From: an uncultured Planctomycetia bacterium
GTDB lineage: Bacteria; Omnitrophota; Gorgyraeia; 2-02-FULL-51-18
Direction: 5' to 3'
DNA length: 64,000 nucleotides
NCBI GenBank assembly: GCA_964431835.1
Contig: CAYSKO010000008.1
Location: 26,622-90,621, forward strand
Part shown: positions 21,501 through 27,500 of the stretch, piece after piece
How the letters are laid out: each line of letters starts with the position of its first letter
How positions within the stretch are numbered: position 1 is the stretch's first letter
Notes under the pieces: generated by a model
Told to the model about the DNA's origin: nothing
Database searches by the model: none
What the model saw: the letters and a program-made list of their open reading frames with translations, nothing else
Program-made: the position numbers and the translations under genes

Positions 21501-24500
21501 CGCGTCCATCGACGAGGAACTGGGCAGCGCCTCGGTCAAACAGTCGTACGTCATGACGCTTAAGAACGGCGACCGCCGCGCGATCAAGTACGTTCGCCCG
21601 CTCGCGGAGTTCGAGATGGTCGAAAATCTGGCGATCATGCGCAACGCCATCCAGCGGCTCAGGTTCCGGATTCCCGCCCTGAAAGAGCGTGTATCCGACT
21701 CGCTGCTCGACGAGATCGAGAAGTCTGTCCAACGCGAGCTTGACATCCGTCAGGAAGTCTTGAGCCAGCGCGAGCTCGGCCGTTTCTCGAGAGGGGAGCG
21801 TCACGGCGGGTGGACGCTCAAAGTCCCCCGCGTCGACGGCCGTTTCGTCGGTTCGCGGTACTTCGCGGACGAATACGTGGTCGGCGAAGCTCCGAAAGCC
21901 GCGTTCATCGCCGCCGCCGGCGAAAAGACGGCCGCCGCGTTCGCCGGCCTTACGCTCAAGACGGTGGTCAAGCAGGCGCTCCTCTTTGGCAAATACCACG
22001 GCGACCTGAACCGCGGCAATCTCAAGTTTGACGTTCCGGGCACCACCGCGCACCTCATCGACTTCGGCAACACGGCGACGCTTTCCAGGGCGAATCAGGA
22101 CGCCTTCGTGCTGCTTATGGACGCTCTGGCGGCTTCCCACGCACCGGACGCGCTGGCCGCGCTGAGGCGTCTGGCGCCCGCGGGATTGTCTCCCGCGCTC
22201 GAGGCGAAAATCGGCGCTGTGGCGGTGCTGGCCGACGTTCCGGCGGGCGCGAAGATCCAACGCGTGAAAGCCGTGATTGAAGGAGAGGGCGGAAAACTCG
22301 AACCGCAGATCGACTATTTCCTTAAAGTTCTCGAGACGCTTTCTTACCTCACGGGAAACGTCTCCAAAGACCAGATCGCCGAAATCTTCGCGGCGGCGGT
22401 CGTTCGCCGCCAGCTTTCCGTCCGGAACCTGTTCACCCCGACGACCTGGAAGTTCATCTCGCGCCGCCTTTTCGGTTCGTCCGCTCCGGTTCCCGCTCCG
22501 GGCGCGCCCCTGGCTGCCGAGGGTACGGCGGAAATTCCGTCCGTGGCGGCGATTCCGGAGAGCCCGAAGGCACCGGCCTCGAGCGAGCGCGGCGATTCAC
22601 CGGTCGGGGCGCGCATGGCCGAAGCGAAATCCGCCGCCCTCACTCCCGAGGGAGAAGCGCTCAAGCTTCTTGCGCTGTACCGCATCGGCGAGGGGTCTGG
22701 CGACTCCAAGGACGCGAACCGGTTCGCTTTTTCACCCGGAGGATCCCGCCTCCTTCACCGGGATAGGGGCCGCGTCTCGGTGATCGATCCCGCGACCGGA
22801 AAAACGGTTTCGATCGAGCTTCCGGGCGGCTACGAGTGGGCTTCGTTCCGCGGCGAGAACGTGCTCTACGTGTCCTTTCAGGACAAAACCGAACGCGTGT
22901 ATGCGCTTCGGGGGAACGAGATCGTGCAGACCATCGAGGATGAAGACGAACCCGTTTTATCGGCGGGAGGCCTGTTGAGCGTCGGCGGGGGCCGGTCTCT
23001 CTCGTTCTCCGACGACGGAAGTCTCATCTTGGTGGTGTCGGACACCGGTTACTCCGTCCGTCTATCTTCTACGGGGGAGACGCTGGCGATTCCCGACGCG
23101 CGAAAACCCAAGAAGGTGGAGCTGTCGGGAAATTACGTCGTCGTGAGCTTCGACGGCGGCCGCCATGCGATTTACCTCGTCGCGGAAAACAAGTTGTCGG
23201 TCGCTCTCACCGACGATGTCCTCGGAGTCCCTTCCATTGAAAGAGGCTACGCGTACGCCGTTCCTGCCGACGGAAGGGCCCGTGTCTGGGAGTTGGTGAC
23301 CGGCCGCCGTGCACTCGATTTGGAAGGAAGAATCAATCAGGTTAAAATTCTCGACGGGCGGTGGGCGGTCACTGTCGGAGCCAACGACGATACGGCGAAG
23401 CCGGGCTCGCTCGAGATGCAGCTTTACGACCTTCGGACGGGCGAGAATTTCGGAAGGAAGATCGCGCCGGAGGCCCGCGATTTCGCAGTCGACGGGAACG
23501 GCAGGTACGTCGACGTCTTCCTCGAAAACGAAAGGCGCCTGTTCGACTCCGAGACGGGAGCGGATCTAAGCCCCGTCGTTCGCCCCGGATACGACGAACT
23601 CTCTATCCGTGGGAACCGCGCGCTCGTTAAATACGGGCCGGCCGCCCGGATGAACGCGTTCGACGGACGGTACGAGACTTTGTACCGCCTGATCGATCTC
23701 GAAACGGGCAAGGAAATAACGGTCGAAGGGCTCGAAGCGGCGCAGCGGGCAACTCTCGCGCCCGACGGCTCTGCGCTCATTTTTAGAAATGCCGCGTCGG
23801 ACTCGATTCTTGCCGACGTGTCGGGAAAGACGGTCGACCGTTTCGGCACGGCGGGCCGCAAGCTTTACTCGGCGGGTTTCCTGCCGTCGGGCGTCGTCGA
23901 AACGAAAGACCAGAACAACAGGTCCCATCTTTTCGATCTGAAGACGGGCAATTCGCTCGATTCTCTGACGGGGCCGCAGGCGACGCAGCCCGTCGTGTCG
24001 TCCGACGGAAAGCGCGTCGTGGTCATGGATTCCAGCCGGTATTTCCGCCTGGTGGACATCGAGACGATGCGCCGGAATCCCGTTCTCGCTCCGCACGCGG
24101 CCAGGTGGGGCCGGAGCGCCCACTTCGCGCTCGAAATCCTCGCACAGCTGAAACGCGAAGGCCGCTTGGACACCGCCGCCGATCTCGAACGCCTCTTGCC
24201 GCGCGTGACCGAAGCGATCGAGCGTTACGAGGCGGCGGTCACGGATTACAACCGCGACCGCGTCGTGGGTCTTTTCCTGGACGGCAACAGCGTGCTCAGT
24301 GCACCGGTCCTCGAACGCGTGACGGCGAGCGGCGGCGACTCACTCGAATTTTTCCTTTTCTGCATCGAGCTCATGGAATCCGATCGCCGCCTAGCTTTCC
24401 AGATCTTAGACGGCGTCTTCACGGCGGCCAAGAGCGAGGGGCTCGCTTTCGAGGAGAATTCCGCAGTCACCGCGAAGCTCCCCAACGACGAGCGCGAGCG

Positions 24501-27500
24501 GATCCGGCGTTTCGTGGCGCTTACACGCAATTTCAACCCCGAGCTTTACCGCTATTTCCTTGCGACGAGCGAAGCCAAGCTGAAAGAGCTTCTTTTGTTC
24601 TCCGAAAAGATCCTTTCCGACGAAGCGGGAATGCCCGAGATCGAGGCTTTTCTGGCTCGAGCGGCGGGCGAGAAGGACTCCAAAGGACGGCCGTTCGACG
24701 GCGAGCAGCTCCTCTATGCCGTGGTCCAGCGGGCGATCCCGCCTTCCGGCGCTTCGTTTGTCCGGCAGACCGAAGCGCTCGGACTCATGAAAAAATACCT
24801 CGAAGCGGCTCGCGAACGCGACCCACGCGGAGACGTTCCGACCTCGCTCAAAGCCCTCGGAAGGTTCGGCGGCGGCGAAGTGCGGCGCATGGTCTGGCGC
24901 CGCCGCGCGGACGCGGGCGACACCTGGAGCCCTGAAGTGGCGGCTCTGATCGACGCGCTCCGGTATCCCGACGCCGCGCGTCCGACGGACGAGCTTAAGG
25001 CCGTCGTCGCCTCCGACCGCGCGCGCCTTTCCGCCGCGCTCACGGATTTGCTCAAGGATTTCGATAACGACGCCAAGCGGGACGAGGCGCTCGCGGCGTT
25101 CCTTGCGCACGCTGCCCACAGCGACGCGCTGAAAGAGAAGGTCGACCGGATCCAGACAGGAGAACGTGCCGGGCTTCGCGCCCTCGACGAGCTCTTTTTC
25201 GACAAGGACAATCTTGCGATCCTCCTCAACGAAATCCTCGCTGATTTCAATCTCGAAGGGGAAGGAGCCGTCCGCGATGGCAAGCGGCTCGCCCGGTCGT
25301 TGGGCTCGATTTGGGCCCTCCCGCTGGGCGAAGGCGCCCGGCGTGCGCGGCTCGGGATCGCGCTCGCTCCCGTGCGAAACGACGAGGTCCGGTCGAAGAT
25401 TCTCTCTGCTCTGCCGGACGTCCCCGGACTGCGCGCGGAAGTCGAAAAACTGCTCGACTCTCGCGTGAAGCTGCCGGGCGGTCTGATCGACCGTCTCTTC
25501 GAGAAACCGCGGGCGGCGATCTCCCTGGAGTCCGAGCGCTACGTCGAGATCCCTTCGGACAAAGCGGTCCGTGTTCGTTTCCAGGTCGTGAAGGGGCCCT
25601 TGTACGGGATGTGGGGCTTGAACGCGGGCGTTTGCATCGCGGCCGACGTCGCTCTCTGGAAGAGGCCGGAATTCTTCCTCCTGGCGATGATCGACGAGGA
25701 AACCGGCAGCGCGGTCGGGTTCACTCATCTTTTTACCAAGGATTTCGAGGTGGATGGAAAGACGAGCCGCCACCTGACGGTTCCCGGCATCAATCCGAGC
25801 ACGGAAATCCTCTCCGAAGTCCGCGCCTCGGAGCTTTACCCCATGGTCGAGGGGGCGCTCCGAACCGTCGCCGCTGCGGAGGGATACGACCAGATCGATC
25901 TACCGACGGACAAGAACGTGCTTTCGAACCGCAGCGACATCGTCGATCAGGCGGTCCGCAGCGGTTACGACAAAGACGACCTGCCTGAGGAGGTGGGTTG
26001 GAACTCCGTGCCGCAGCCTTACCCCTTCAAGAACGTTTTTGTGATTCCCAAGGGCGCGCGCATGTCCGGAGAGGCCCTTTCGCCCGAAGCCCGTACGGCC
26101 GCTCTCGCTTCGCGGCTCGAGACCGCCTTCCGATCGCTCGGCGAGAGCGCTCCCACCGGCGTGCGTCCCGACACCTTCGCGTTCTTCCGCAGCGCGCGTC
26201 CGACCGCGTTCGACGCTTTCGCCCGCCGTGTGGTGGAGAGTGACGACGCCCTCCTGGACCTGCGTTCGCCCGCCGTCGTGAGGATGGTTTTCCCCGTGAA
26301 AGGACGCGACAGCGTCGTTGTCCGCGTCGGCCGCGAAGGCCTCGATTTCCAGCAAGGCTCCGTTTACAAGATGCTTCCGATCGAGACCGGCGGCGCGACG
26401 AGGATCCCGTTGTCCGGCGTCCGGGCGCGCGACCCCGACGGAACCGTAAAACCGCTCTTCGATTTCCTTGCGGACTTCGGGGTTCCCGCCGAGACCGTCG
26501 CGAAAGCCCGGCTCCAGAGCCTTTCGTTCGAACACGGTTACCACCTCGAAATCGCGGCGGACGGTTCCCTCTCTCTTCCGGACCGCACGACCGGAGACGT
26601 CCAGCGCGCGCAGCTGCGCTTCGACCGGGACGGCGATCTCGTCAGCCGCCATTTCGAGGTCCCCCAGACGCCATCGTCCGAGATCCGGAACGGCCGGATC
26701 GTGTCCCTGGCGGGACACACGCACGGCATCACCGGCGACGACTTCATCTCCGAATTCACGAGCATCGACGTGGGCGTCACGTCCGTGAACGTGGTCAAAT
26801 TGCTCGATGCGCGGAAGCCTGGAGATCCCGCGGCTCTCACGCTCGCCGAGTTCCTGATCACGGAGCGCGTCGTCGGTGAGTTCGAATTCCGCGCGCTGGT
26901 CGTCGAGGTGGAGCCCGATCCGTCCGACCCGAGCGTACCCGCGACCGTGCGCCGGTTCGCGCTTAAGCACGACGCGGCGACCGGCTGGGCGATCGAAACG
27001 ACCGACGACGGCGAGCCGCTCGATTTCAACACCACCGTCGCCGAGCTGCGGGAGGACGTCGAGACGGGCGCCCGCATGGCCGACGAGCGGAAGGCCGAGC
27101 TCGATTATTTCTTCGAGGAGAACTTCATCACCTCCGGCGCCGTCGCCGACGGGAGCATCTTCGACAAGACGCCGATGGAGGTCGTGCACCGCTCGTTCGC
27201 GGAGATCGAAAAGCTCCGCCCGCTCCGGGACGCGCATTACCTGTCGATCGGCGCGGGCGACCTGCGCGACGCGTTCACGGCCGCGTACGTCCACGGAATG
27301 CGCGTGACGGCGATCGAAAAGGACCCGCGCGTGGCCGCCGGAAGCCGCGAGATTCTCGGATTCCCCGACGCCGCGAAGTTTCATGAAGACCGTTTCGAGT
27401 TCAAGGAAGGGGACGCGCTCGCCGAGTCGTGGAGCGACAAGGACGTCGTCTCGTTCTTCTACACGGAGCCGCCGAGTCTCGCGGAAGCGGCCGCTTTCCG

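Noticed and set aside
18361-22260. 1299-aa minus-strand ORF, and other long antisense ORFs such as 29400-31772, 6284-7906 and 80-1621
   Set aside because: They lie antisense to well-supported + strand genes and have no recognisable motifs. Such shadow ORFs are expected from high-GC codon bias.
23641-23655. AARMN inside the beta-propeller, and GARTV near 11116
   Set aside because: They deviate from the consensus at position 4 or 5, and the first lies within a blade region. Probably chance matches.
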